25,683 nucleotides of DNA from Elusimicrobiota bacterium (GCA_041694815.1 JBGFSC010000013.1:1-25683), one strand, 5' to 3'; positions 1 to 9,396 are shown, numbered from the stretch's first letter. Program-made: numbers and translations. Notes: a model not told the origin generated them from the letters alone.

Positions 1-332
1 GGTGTAGCCATGACACGGCAAGAAGTCCGTGCGCTCAGGGCGCGGCCGCATAAACCGCGTCGAGCGATTTTGGGCCTCAGGCGGGGTTCCCCCATTCGGG
101 GTAGCCCGGGCTTTGGCTCAAAGGGAAGGAGGACGTTGAACAGGATTTCAGGCCCGGCAGGTCCGCCAAGGGGCGGCACCAGTCCAGGCTTGGAACGTAA
201 ACGACGGATTCGAACAAAACGAAAGAACTTATGAGCTAGGCGAAAACGGATTGGGGCAATGAATGCAGAGTTGGAGACTGGCTGACAGATAGTGATGGCT
301 AGAGAATGGCCAAGACGATGAGCACATAGCGT

Positions 333-2165
333 ATGAGCGTGAGGCTCAGGAAACGCCTCTTGCTTCCATTCATCAGCTTAGGGCTGATGTGGGGAGGGCT
401 TTTTGCGCCCTCAGGCCGCGCCTTGGCCGCCACTGGCAATCCTTTGGATTTCAATGTCACAGTCACAGTGCTACCAGAAACACCTCCCGCCAACATTTCC
501 GATCTCGTGGCCGTTCCAGGCACCGCCGAAGGAGAGGTGAAACTCACCTGGACCAGCCCGGGCGATGATGGGATATTAGGGGATCTCGTTAATAGCAAGT
601 TTCTAATTAAATTTTCGACAGCGCAGATCGACACTTGGACCGACCCGGCCAATATTGTCATATCCACAAACGCCATTGCCCTAAGCAGCCAGACCTATTT
701 CGTCCAGAATCTCGAGCCTGGCGTCACCTACTACTTTGCGATTCTGGCCGAAGATGATATTGGCCAAAGAAATACATGGTCGCGATCTGGCGGCACCAAT
801 GCCAACAACTTCGCTATTGCGACCGACTTGGCACCGCCCACGCCCTCCGGATTCTCCATCGTGGGCGGGAACAATCAGCTCACGCTATCTTGGAATGCTG
901 TCGCGGTCGGCGATCTAGATTTCTATCGCTTGCATATTGATTCAACTCCCCCGTATGACTTTGGGAATGTTTTCACCATCAATGTATCATCCACCGCGAC
1001 ATCGTTCGTGCATGCCGGCCTAACCAACGGAAATACTTACTTCTATTTCATCACTTCAGTAGATAGGGGCAGCCCAGCCTTCCCAGGTCTGGCCCTGGAA
1101 TCTCCACCATCCTCGATTGTCAGCATGGCTCCTGGAGACACGCTGCCGCCCGCAGCCGTCGCAGGCCTTTCCGGACAACTCTCAGCCGATGGCCTGACCT
1201 TTAACATCATGTGGGACACGGTCACTACCAACGCCAATGGGACCCCCATAGCCGATCTGTCTCTCTACAGAATTCTCAAATCGACAGGCCTCTTTGCGCC
1301 CACGACAGCCACATTCAATCTACCCGCGTCCCAAACATCATTTGCGGACACCGTTAACAACAACGTCTTCTACTACAAGGTCAGGGCCGTCGATACCAGC
1401 GCCAATGAGTCAATGGACTCGAACTCGATCATCTCCCAGGCCAAGGCGAATATCTTAGCTCCTGCTGATGACGGTAAAACGTTCCTGATCATTTCCGACC
1501 AGGTCGCCACAGAACTCCATAAAGCCAACAACGCGGCAGGGAGCAATCTGGTTATAGTTCCAGTCCGACTGCCAGCCGAAGAAACTGGGAACGTGTTGAA
1601 ATCCTATCGCTTTGAAGCCAGGCGAGCGGAGGATAACCAGCCAGTCACGCAGTTCTCCTTCTCAAAACCGATGGTCAATGTTCTATTCGGCTTTGTCACA
1701 GGCTCCGGAATAGGCTCATTGAACCACACAGATAAAAAGCTCTCCATTTACTGGAACAACGGGGCAAGGTTCATCAGCCTAGGCGGACATCTCAATTTCA
1801 CTGAAGGAACCGTCAACGTGCTCAGCTCCAATGTTGGTCGGTACCAGTTACGACTCCTAAGCGGAGCTGCCGACACATTGCTGACCGATGGCTCTCCTTA
1901 CCCCAGGGTCATTACCCCCAATGGGGACGGCATAAACGATCGTGTCTTCTTCTTCTTTGAGGCGACCGATGCTCCCAAGGACGGCAGGATCTATGACCTT
2001 AATGGGGCCTTGGTCGGTAGCTTGAAGTCCGGCCCAGTGCCGGATTCTTCGCTTGTATGGGATGGGAAGGATGATCGGGGCAATGTAGTACCCATGGGCG
2101 TCTATCTGTACAAGATTAGTATCGGTGACAAGAATGCTACGGGAACGGTAGTGGTGGCGAGATGA
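333..2165 (+). CDS. Secreted fibronectin type III repeat protein with gliding-motility-associated (CHU_C/FlgD-Ig-like, T9SS type B-like) C-terminal domain
   Basis: Signal peptide (…GRALA-ATG). Three FN3-like units (VKLTWTSPGDD…LEPGVTYYFAI; LTLSWNAV…LTNGNTYFYFI; IMWD…YYKVRAVD). C-terminus PRVITPNGDGIND…IYDLNG…WDGKDDRG…GVYLYKI…VVVAR. Confidence 0.85.
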   Translation: MSVRLRKRLLLPFISLGLMWGGLFAPSGRALAATGNPLDFNVTVTVLPETPPANISDLVAVPGTAEGEVKLTWTSPGDDGILGDLVNSKFLIKFSTAQIDTWTDPANIVISTNAIALSSQTYFVQNLEPGVTYYFAILAEDDIGQRNTWSRSGGTNANNFAIATDLAPPTPSGFSIVGGNNQLTLSWNAVAVGDLDFYRLHIDSTPPYDFGNVFTINVSSTATSFVHAGLTNGNTYFYFITSVDRGSPAFPGLALESPPSSIVSMAPGDTLPPAAVAGLSGQLSADGLTFNIMWDTVTTNANGTPIADLSLYRILKSTGLFAPTTATFNLPASQTSFADTVNNNVFYYKVRAVDTSANESMDSNSIISQAKANILAPADDGKTFLIISDQVATELHKANNAAGSNLVIVPVRLPAEETGNVLKSYRFEARRAEDNQPVTQFSFSKPMVNVLFGFVTGSGIGSLNHTDKKLSIYWNNGARFISLGGHLNFTEGTVNVLSSNVGRYQLRLLSGAADTLLTDGSPYPRVITPNGDGINDRVFFFFEATDAPKDGRIYDLNGALVGSLKSGPVPDSSLVWDGKDDRGNVVPMGVYLYKISIGDKNATGTVVVAR

Positions 2166-3850
2166 GGAAAAGAATATCGATTCTAGCTGTCCTTTCCCTC
2201 TGGGGCCACCTCTTTGCTCCTCGAGTAGAAGCAGCCTTTGAGCGCCAGGATACTGGCGCGAGGCAGAGCAGTATGGGCGGGGCCTTTAGCGCCGTGGGAG
2301 GAGATATCCACTCGTTGCTCCATAATCCGGCGGGTTTGGCTTACTTAAATCGCAAGGAATTCAGTTCTTCATACAGCAAGCTTTTCATAGGACTCGACGA
2401 TAAATCCGATCTCTCGAGCTCGCTGCTGATCTATGGCCAGCCAATCAACCGTTGGGGCAGCCTCGGAACCGGCTGGCTGGAAATGAAACTAGACAGCTTA
2501 TATAAGGAAAGGACTTTAGCCCTAGGGTATGGGCATACGTGGACGGATAAGCTGGCCTTGGGGGCCACTCTCAAACAACTGCAGGTGTCGGTGGAGCCCC
2601 CTGGAACCAACTACGACAATAACGGAATGGTTGAGACCAAGGCAGACCCAACCTTTGCCAGAGGAAACACGGCCAGCGGCATCGGTGTGGACCTAGGCCT
2701 GCTCTATGAGCCCATTCCGAAATACAGTTTGGGCCTGTCTTTGCAGAACATCAACCAACCCAAGGTTGCCCTGGCGGACTCTAATCGGATACCCACCCTA
2801 ATGCGATTCGGGATTGCGCACCGAAGCTCCGCGTTCTTAGTCACCTCGGAAGTACGAACCCAAGAATATCTCCAAGGGCAGAGAGATTACCAAGCCATCT
2901 TCGCGGCGGAGAGGTGGAAGTCGTTGGGACCCATCTCCAGCTTGGCCCTAAGAGGTTCCATGGGTTTTGGCAGCCGTTCCTTCAGCCAACTAACCCTGGG
3001 AATGGGTTACCGCCTCAATGGCATGCAGATGGATTACGCCTTCCTTATGCCGCTCTCCGGCGTCTCCTTCGGAAGCACGTATGGAACTCATCGGCTATCC
3101 CTCTCGCTGCGCTTCGGCAAAACAGTCCCGCGAGAAATTCAATGGGGGCTCGGTGAGGCACCCCGGGACTCGGAGGAACTAGAGGCGGTTAAACAACGCG
3201 CAGCCCAGGCGGAACTTCTAGCGCAGCTCTTGCAAGACAAGATCAAGAAGCTTGAGGAAGAACTGGAAAAACAGAAGCAAATCCAGGCTTCTACAATGAC
3301 GATAGTTGGCAAAGAGCCGGCAGTTCCTGAAGTCAGCCGCGAAGAAGTCTTGCGCGGCCTGGAGGAGGAAATCCGGCTTCTGAAACAGGAACTGGAAAGA
3401 GCCAGGCAGCGAAAATTAGCCAAGCCCGCTCCCGTTGCAACGCCAGAGGTCCGCACACTTCCTCCGGACCCAGCGAAAGCCCAGGATCTATACAAAGAAG
3501 GTGTGCGCTACTATAGCAATCGCCAACTCGAGAAAGCCGCTAAGGCATTCCGCACAAGCCTTGAATTAGATCCGACCAACGAGTGGGTGAAAAAGTCGCT
3601 GGAAAGAACCCTGGTCGAACTGGGAACAGAACAAAAGTCCCAGGAGCCGACCACCAGACCGCAAGGAATACAGTATTCGACCAAAAAGGGAGACACCTTA
3701 TGGAGTCTGGCCAAGGAATTCTACGGAGATCCCTACAAATGGACTCTTATCCGAGACGCCAATCCGGGGATCAAAGACGCTTATGGGCTGCCAGATGGAA
3801 CTGTCATTACAATTCCCCAAGTCCCCGCTGACTCAGGAGGTAAGCCATGA
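2162..3850 (+). CDS. PorV/UPF0164 (FadL-like) outer-membrane beta-barrel fused to coiled coil, TPR and LysM
   Basis: Signal peptide. GARQSSMGGAFSAV…NPAGLA N-terminal motif, amphipathic strands ending GTHRLSLSLRFG, a K/E-rich coil, a TPR (AQDLYKEGVRYY…LELDPTN) and a LysM (KKGDTLWSLAKEFYGD…W…I…AN). ATGA overlap with the upstream gene. Confidence 0.8.
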   Translation: MRKRISILAVLSLWGHLFAPRVEAAFERQDTGARQSSMGGAFSAVGGDIHSLLHNPAGLAYLNRKEFSSSYSKLFIGLDDKSDLSSSLLIYGQPINRWGSLGTGWLEMKLDSLYKERTLALGYGHTWTDKLALGATLKQLQVSVEPPGTNYDNNGMVETKADPTFARGNTASGIGVDLGLLYEPIPKYSLGLSLQNINQPKVALADSNRIPTLMRFGIAHRSSAFLVTSEVRTQEYLQGQRDYQAIFAAERWKSLGPISSLALRGSMGFGSRSFSQLTLGMGYRLNGMQMDYAFLMPLSGVSFGSTYGTHRLSLSLRFGKTVPREIQWGLGEAPRDSEELEAVKQRAAQAELLAQLLQDKIKKLEEELEKQKQIQASTMTIVGKEPAVPEVSREEVLRGLEEEIRLLKQELERARQRKLAKPAPVATPEVRTLPPDPAKAQDLYKEGVRYYSNRQLEKAAKAFRTSLELDPTNEWVKKSLERTLVELGTEQKSQEPTTRPQGIQYSTKKGDTLWSLAKEFYGDPYKWTLIRDANPGIKDAYGLPDGTVITIPQVPADSGGKP

Positions 3851-5244
3851 GGCTGCGTAGCCAATTTTTTCTGACGATGAGCCTGCTCATTTCTTTCATT
3901 CTGGCCTTCGTCGCGTTGACGCTTATCGCGATGGAACGGCAATTCCTGGTCAAGGAAACCGACAGACGTCAGCGTGCGGCGTTGGAGAGCGTCGCGGGGA
4001 TCGTTCGGGAAGCCCACATCACCCGCGATCCACTTTTGATGCTCAACTATCTCAAGCTGAGTGAACAAACCTATCCGGAAATTGGCTGGCTATGCATCGT
4101 AGATTCAGAGGGCAAAATTCAGGCAAGTCTGGATATCAACCTGTTTGGAGTGGACCGCAGCAGCGTCAGCTTGCCAGAGAATATTGTGCTTCTCAGCCAG
4201 GAAGTGGTCTCCAATGGACGCGGTCTCGGTCGCGTCGAGGTTGGATTCGATCAAGTTCGACTGGAAAGTTATATCCAAGCCTCCCTACTAAAAGTCAGAA
4301 ATCGCGTTACTGTCATAGGCTTGTGGGCATTGCTCCTGGGTTTTTTTGGTTCCCTGCTACTCGCTTTGAATCTAACGCGCCCCATAAGGCTCCTTTCCGA
4401 CGTAGCCAATGAGATCGGGAAAGGAAAGTGGGACACTCCCGTCCCCACGGCCAAACGAAAAGATGAGTTGGGCGATCTATCCCGATCGTTCCAGAAAATG
4501 ACCGCTCAACTCAAGGAGCTAGACCAGATGAAGCAGGACTTTGTCGCTAGCATGACCCATGAACTGCGCTCTCCCCTAAGCATCATTGAATCCCATGCCA
4601 ACTCCGTTCTACAAGACCTTGGACAAGCCCAGGGCCTTTCTCAAAATGACAGGAACGACTGGATATCCTCCATGGCTCACATCAAAGACAGCGCCTTTCG
4701 GCTCAGCCGCTTCGTCACAGAACTTTTGGACATAGCCAAAATCGAACGAGGGAAGTTGGACCTGAACCTTCAGAAGGTCTCGCTTGCCTCAATGATCCAT
4801 GAAATTCTGGCGTCCTTGGTTCCGAAGGCTGAGGAAAAAAAGCTGACCCTTTACGAACAGATAGGTAAAGACCTGCCTGCGATCTATGCTGACCCCGATC
4901 GCATCCATCAAGTTTTCATTAATCTGATTGGAAACGCTTTGAAATTTACTCCCGAGGGCGGAAAGATCATCGTGGGTGCCCAGGCACTTTCCCAGGGCTG
5001 GGTTTATGTCAAGGTGGTCGATACAGGACCTGGAATTCCCCAGGAATTCATGAGCCGGATTTTTAGCAAGTTCGAGCAAGTCAAGGGACTCCATGATCGC
5101 AGGCAAGGCACTGGTCTTGGCTTATCCATATGCAAGGGCATTATAGAAAGCCATGGCGGGAAAATTGGCGTCAAGCTCAACGACGTGGGGGGCAGCGAGT
5201 TTTACTTCACGCTTCCTATGGCCGAAAATGAAAAGACCGTCTAA
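3847..5244 (+). CDS. Membrane sensor histidine kinase (2 TM, HAMP, HisKA, HATPase_c)
   Basis: H box MTHELRSPL, N box NLIGNALKFT, G1 DTGPGI, F box IFSKF, G2 GTGLGLSIC. HAMP LTRPI…DELGDLSRSF. Confidence 0.95.
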   Translation: MRLRSQFFLTMSLLISFILAFVALTLIAMERQFLVKETDRRQRAALESVAGIVREAHITRDPLLMLNYLKLSEQTYPEIGWLCIVDSEGKIQASLDINLFGVDRSSVSLPENIVLLSQEVVSNGRGLGRVEVGFDQVRLESYIQASLLKVRNRVTVIGLWALLLGFFGSLLLALNLTRPIRLLSDVANEIGKGKWDTPVPTAKRKDELGDLSRSFQKMTAQLKELDQMKQDFVASMTHELRSPLSIIESHANSVLQDLGQAQGLSQNDRNDWISSMAHIKDSAFRLSRFVTELLDIAKIERGKLDLNLQKVSLASMIHEILASLVPKAEEKKLTLYEQIGKDLPAIYADPDRIHQVFINLIGNALKFTPEGGKIIVGAQALSQGWVYVKVVDTGPGIPQEFMSRIFSKFEQVKGLHDRRQGTGLGLSICKGIIESHGGKIGVKLNDVGGSEFYFTLPMAENEKTV

Positions 5245-5254
5245 CGGAGGACAA

Positions 5255-5632
5255 ATGAAATACAAAATCCTCGTTGTGGAAGATGAGGCGGGGCATCGTA
5301 ACTTGTTGGAACGAACATTGAAACGAGCGGGCTTCGAAGTATTGTTCGCCGTGGACGGGGCCCAGGGGAGGGAGATGCTCCAAAAAAATGCTGTGGACTT
5401 GGTAGTCTCGGATTGGAATATGCCCAAGCTCAACGGCGGGCAGCTAGCATCGTGGATTAGAAAGACGGAGAATCTGAGACACCTGCCCATCCTTATGCTG
5501 ACGGTCCGCGATAAGGCCGAGGAGGAAGCCCTGGGGTTTGCCAGCGGAGCGGACGATTACCTTCAAAAGCCATATTCTACTGCGGAACTTGTGGCCCGTA
5601 TTGAGAGACTTCTTAGCCTGCGCAGCCGTTGA
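5255..5632 (+). CDS. Stand-alone response regulator receiver protein
   Basis: GGAGG RBS before ATG 5255, shorter than the track ORF. ILVVEDE, SDWNMP, MLT, ADDYLQKP motifs; no output domain. Confidence 0.93.
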   Translation: MKYKILVVEDEAGHRNLLERTLKRAGFEVLFAVDGAQGREMLQKNAVDLVVSDWNMPKLNGGQLASWIRKTENLRHLPILMLTVRDKAEEEALGFASGADDYLQKPYSTAELVARIERLLSLRSR

Positions 5633-5650
5633 AAGAAGAGGGCAGTAACA

Positions 5651-6472
5651 TCACCCGCACACTTTCATGATCTGCATGATCTGCTGTTCGGCTCGCGTGA
5701 GAATTTCGAGCTCCTGTAGAGTGAGCTCTGAAGTGTTATCTTGGCGATACCAAGACCTGAGCAATTCGTAAAAACGCAGACGCAGATTAGGATTAGGTAT
5801 CTCTGCACCAGGAACTGAAAGCAAATTAGCGTATGAGAATCCCGGTTCCTTCATCTTGGCGGCCCAGTATCTCGCCTTAAGCCCTAGAACCTTCTCTTCC
5901 AGAGCCACTATGGCAGGCGCTGCCCCGCCACAGTTCCTGCCCCAAGGGGTTTTGGCAGACGACTCATCCCATACACAGACCTTCGGTCCATGGCGACACA
6001 AACCCTCTGGCCGCTTGAGTTCTAACTCTCCGACCGCCGCATGGAGAATCCTTCCTGTCTCCACATCAATCATGCGGGCGTGTATTTCTAGTTGGTGCTT
6101 GGAAGGGAGGACGGACCCCGTGACGATGGCATCTGCAGCAAGTATCCTGCCCAACTTTTTTGCGTGGTCTGGCAGACTTGACTCGGTCGAGATCAACTTG
6201 TGTTCTTCTATCACCCTGTCCAGTTGTATCCGCTCCACAACGACAATATCCTCTAAACGAGTCAATTGGGTGGTCAGGCGCTCCGCAACGTTCTTCCCTT
6301 CGGGGGTGGCGCGCCTATCCATCGAGACAAACTCGACCACTACTACTTTATTAACCTTATACTTTCGGCAAGCGTTGGCGAATTCCTTAGCCATTGCCTT
6401 GAAGCTATCGGCCGCAGAAATTGGTGAAGCCGCCAGACTAAAGACGAAAAAAAATAAGACTCTAGCCACCAC
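5651..6472 (-). CDS. Exported FlgO/CsgG (TolB_N-like) domain protein
   Basis: Signal peptide. VVERIQLDRVIEE…AKKLGRILAADAIVTGSV…ARMIDVETGRIL signature. GGGGGC upstream of the GTG. Confidence 0.75.
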   Translation of the reverse strand: MVARVLFFFVFSLAASPISAADSFKAMAKEFANACRKYKVNKVVVVEFVSMDRRATPEGKNVAERLTTQLTRLEDIVVVERIQLDRVIEEHKLISTESSLPDHAKKLGRILAADAIVTGSVLPSKHQLEIHARMIDVETGRILHAAVGELELKRPEGLCRHGPKVCVWDESSAKTPWGRNCGGAAPAIVALEEKVLGLKARYWAAKMKEPGFSYANLLSVPGAEIPNPNLRLRFYELLRSWYRQDNTSELTLQELEILTRAEQQIMQIMKVCG

Positions 6473-6646
6473 GCCCCCTATCGATTCTAAGGCCCTTCAA
6501 GCGTACCTCGGAGAACTTACGTCAAGCTCACAACCCGCTTAAATTTGGCTTAATTCTGGAGACCAGGGATCAAGCCATCCCGGCCGTCATCATCACGGCT
6601 AGTGACAATGGACAGGAAGATGCCTGACCTGGTCAGGTTAGGATGG

Positions 6647-7534
6647 CTACGCAAATCGAGGATGGGCCTGCCGGCAGGTGCTGCGCATTAAAGCGGTGGA
6701 GACATGCGTGTATCTTTGGGTGGTGAGCAGACTTGAATGGCCGAGGATCTCCTGGACTACGCGGATGTCCGCCCCGCCCTCCAATAAAGCCGTCGCGCAG
6801 CTGTGGCGCAGGACATGGGGCGTCACCCTGGCTGAGATCCCCACCCGGCGCGCCGCCGCTTCAAGTCGTCGCCCGAAGCCGCCCCGCGTAATCGCCCCGC
6901 CGCGACGGTTGAGGAATACGGTGTCACTGGTCACCGGGAAGCGGGCGCTGCGGGCCTCGAGGTAGCGTCCCAAGGCCGCCCCGGCCCTCGGCCCGACCGG
7001 GACGAGGCGCTCCTTGGAGCCCTTGCCCATCACGCGCACCCACCCCTCCTGGATATCCACTTGCTCGAGTCGCAGGCTGACCAGCTCCGAGACGCGCATC
7101 CCCGTAGCGTACATAAGCTCAAGCATGGCGTGGTCCCTTAGGGCCGAGTACTTGGCTCCCAGGGGCGGGTGAAGCAGCCGATCCATGGCCTCCGGGGCCA
7201 GGGGTTTCGGGATTCGCTGTCTGAACCGGGGCAGGCGCATCCCGGCGGTCGGGTCCGCCGGCGTGAGCCTGGCCTCAGCCAGATAGCGGTGAAACTGCCT
7301 GATCGCCATTGCGGCGAGGAATAGCGACGCAGATTTGATGCCCTCGCTCTTGCGGCACTCCAGGTAGGCCAGCACATCCTCGCGCGAGGCCGCAGATGGC
7401 TCCCTGCCCCTTTCCCGGAGGAAGGTCAGGTAGCCGCCGAGCTGGTAGCTGTAGGACTGGCAGGTGTTGGGCGCGAGCCCGCGCTCCACCGTGATGTGCC
7501 GGATAAACTCCTTGAGCAGGTCCACGCCCATCAT
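6647..7534 (-). CDS. XerD-like tyrosine recombinase/integrase (295 aa)
   Basis: N-terminal ERGLAPNT…Y SAM-like domain. Catalytic R (YATGMRVSEL), K (GKGSKER), HxxR (HVLRH), LGH and Y (TTQRY) are all present. GGAGGT RBS before ATG 7534; the 387-aa track ORF is over-extended. Confidence 0.92.
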   Translation of the reverse strand: MMGVDLLKEFIRHITVERGLAPNTCQSYSYQLGGYLTFLRERGREPSAASREDVLAYLECRKSEGIKSASLFLAAMAIRQFHRYLAEARLTPADPTAGMRLPRFRQRIPKPLAPEAMDRLLHPPLGAKYSALRDHAMLELMYATGMRVSELVSLRLEQVDIQEGWVRVMGKGSKERLVPVGPRAGAALGRYLEARSARFPVTSDTVFLNRRGGAITRGGFGRRLEAAARRVGISARVTPHVLRHSCATALLEGGADIRVVQEILGHSSLLTTQRYTHVSTALMRSTCRQAHPRFA

Positions 7535-7860
7535 GACGCCACCTCCCCGGCCCACCGCTGGGCCTCGCGGTCCACGGCCTTGGCCTCGCGCCGCCGGGCC
7601 TGGCGGATCTTGTAGGTAGGCCACGTAGCTCTTCGTCCGGCGCAGGGACTTGCGGGGGACGACTATCCCCGTCTCCCGCATACGGTCGAAAGCCCAGCGC
7701 TCGGCCTCGTACTCCTCCACGTGGCGTGGCTTACGCCCGGGCCGAGGCCCTGCCGGACTCGGATCACCTTGACCGAGGCCGGGGTGTTGGCCAGAGCGGC
7801 CAGGATGCACCGCTCGCGCATCCTGGCCGCGCCCGCCTTGAGCTTGGTCGCCCAGTCCAT
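7531..7860 (-). pseudogene. Doubly frameshifted small gene, possibly an ImmA/IrrE-like metallopeptidase remnant
   Basis: Three protein-like pieces: MDWATKLK…VRQGLG / KPRHVEEYEAERWAFDRMRE…SYVAY / KIRQARRREAKAVDREAQRWAGEVAS*. The second shift is a visible 4-bp duplication (GTAG GTAG at 7612-7619). The restored stop overlaps the integrase ATG. Confidence 0.65.
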
Positions 7861-8150
7861 CAAGCCCCCTGGACGACCTTCACCCGCTTCTTCTCATCCT
7901 TCTCGACCCGCCAGCCCTTGCGGGTGTAGCTGACCATGCGTGCCCGAACGTTGGCGGCGAGGTCCTTGTCCTTGGCCGCCTCGCCCGCTTTCTTGGCCAG
8001 CTCGGCCGCGATCTCCTTGATGGTGTACCGTCCAGCCGTCAGCATGGGATCGATGAACGCCGCCAGCGACCCTTCCCGGCCCGCGGCACGTCCCTTTTTC
8101 CCAGCCTTGGCCGCTACGGCACGACCATCCCTTCCGTTTTTCTTCGCCAT
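7860..8150 (-). CDS. Basic putative HTH/winged-helix DNA-binding protein (may extend in frame to ATG 8276 with a CxxC…CxxC zinc finger)
   Basis: GGAGGAG RBS before ATG 8150. IDPMLTAGRYTIKEIAAEL pattern. Paralogous to 10795-11235. Confidence 0.7.
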   Translation of the reverse strand: MAKKNGRDGRAVAAKAGKKGRAAGREGSLAAFIDPMLTAGRYTIKEIAAELAKKAGEAAKDKDLAANVRARMVSYTRKGWRVEKDEKKRVKVVQGA

Positions 8151-8272
8151 GGCTCTCTCCTCCCAGTCGATTCTCTTGACCTTGTCTGCGCACGGGTGGC
8201 AGGCGAATCCCGCGAAGGTTCGCCGAACCACCAAGCGTCCAGCCATCACGTTGTCGCCGCAGCGCTCACAGA

Positions 8273-8434
8273 TCATCGCCGGTAGACGACCTTCCCTTCT
8301 TTGGTGAGCTTGCCCACCACTTCCCAACGACCGTCAATCACGCGATGGATCAGGTTCGCGAAGCGCACCAGCACCTCGCGGCCCTCGGTCTTCCCGAGCC
8401 TATCCAGCTCGTTATAGTCCTCGACGATCTCCAT
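8273..8434 (-). CDS. Small hypothetical protein (53 aa)
   Basis: MEIVEDYNELDRLG…; GAGG upstream; ends in an ATGA overlap with ATG 8276. Confidence 0.6.
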   Translation of the reverse strand: MEIVEDYNELDRLGKTEGREVLVRFANLIHRVIDGRWEVVGKLTKEGKVVYRR

Positions 8435-8624
8435 CCAGGAACCTCTGGGTCGCCTCCATCTCCTTCCGGCGATCCGCGTACTCCTCGACCCCATGGGTGA
8501 GGCCGACCCTGATGGCGGCCTCGACTTCCTGGTGCGTGAAGCCCAACTCGAACGCCCGGAGGGCTTGGTCCGCGACCAAGTCGGTCACGATAGCGTTGAG
8601 CACGTCTTCCTTCGGCATCCTCAT
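8412..8624 (-). CDS. Small hypothetical protein (70 aa)
   Basis: GGAGGG RBS, ATGA overlap with the previous gene, protein-like helical sequence MRMPKEDVLNAIV…. Confidence 0.7.
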   Translation of the reverse strand: MRMPKEDVLNAIVTDLVADQALRAFELGFTHQEVEAAIRVGLTHGVEEYADRRKEMEATQRFLDGDRRGL

Positions 8625-8872
8625 CGCGATCCCTCCTGGACGGGCTCCAGGCGGATATCCGCCTCCTTGTCCTCGGCGATGTCGTACTCTTTCCCGCATG
8701 AGATGCAGGCCACCCGGCTCTCGCGGGTGAAGTCCCAGCCCTCGGACCAGTCCGCGTCCGTATCGTCGTACTGCGGCCCATCTTCCGTGATCTCGCAGGG
8801 GACGCCCGTCAGGACCAACGTCACCCTCGGTGCCTTGAACCGCCCGCTACCGCATGCGCACCGCAAGTTCAT
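8621..8872 (-). CDS. Small acidic zinc-ribbon-like protein (83 aa)
   Basis: AAGGAGGG RBS, ATGA overlap, CACG…CISCG cysteine pairs. Confidence 0.72.
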   Translation of the reverse strand: MNLRCACGSGRFKAPRVTLVLTGVPCEITEDGPQYDDTDADWSEGWDFTRESRVACISCGKEYDIAEDKEADIRLEPVQEGSR

Positions 8873-9123
8873 CGATTGCCCTCCTTGCGCGCAATCCGCC
8901 GGCCTTGCTCGAAGGCGATCTTGGCCCCCCTGATGATGGTCGGGATGCGATCCGCCTCCCTCTGCGCCTCGTTCATGGCCGTGTAGACCGCGTGAATCTC
9001 CTCGGGGTCGAGACCTCCTTTGAACTGGAGGGCGAGTCCATTGATGTCGGTCTGGAAGCAAATGTCTCCGAGTTCGCTCGACTCTATCGGCCGCGTCACG
9101 ATCCAAAATTTGTCGAGCCTCAT
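8869..9123 (-). CDS. Small hypothetical protein (84 aa)
   Basis: AGGAGGAG RBS and ATGA overlaps at both ends. Confidence 0.75.
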   Translation of the reverse strand: MRLDKFWIVTRPIESSELGDICFQTDINGLALQFKGGLDPEEIHAVYTAMNEAQREADRIPTIIRGAKIAFEQGRRIARKEGNR

Positions 9124-9380
9124 CGCACGCTCCTCCTCCTTCTGGCCCCGAGCAACACGTAGGCCAGTTTGGCCCGGGCCTTGGCGGTCAGGACTACGTC
9201 GGCCTGGTACTCGTCGCCCTGGTGCAGCATCAGGGCGATCTCGCCCTTGCGGTCCACCACAGCGTCCAGGCGGCTGCTGATCCGGTAGCAGAGCTCGTTG
9301 CGGACCCGCTCCTGGTCCTCCGGGCTGATGTAGTTCGCCCAGTCCCTCCTTCGCGTCGGTTTCACTCGTATCAAGCGCAT
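9120..9380 (-). CDS. Small hypothetical protein (86 aa)
   Basis: GGGAGGGT RBS; coupled to the downstream gene. Confidence 0.72.
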   Translation of the reverse strand: MRLIRVKPTRRRDWANYISPEDQERVRNELCYRISSRLDAVVDRKGEIALMLHQGDEYQADVVLTAKARAKLAYVLLGARRRRSVR

Positions 9381-9396
9381 CGTTTCACCCTCCCTT

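Noticed and set aside
10..234. 74-aa ORF at the window start
   Set aside because: R/G/P-rich with no recognisable motif or RBS; cannot be supported.
6647..7810. 387-aa integrase with a long N-terminal extension
   Set aside because: The extension results from frameshifts in the upstream gene; a strong RBS precedes ATG 7534.
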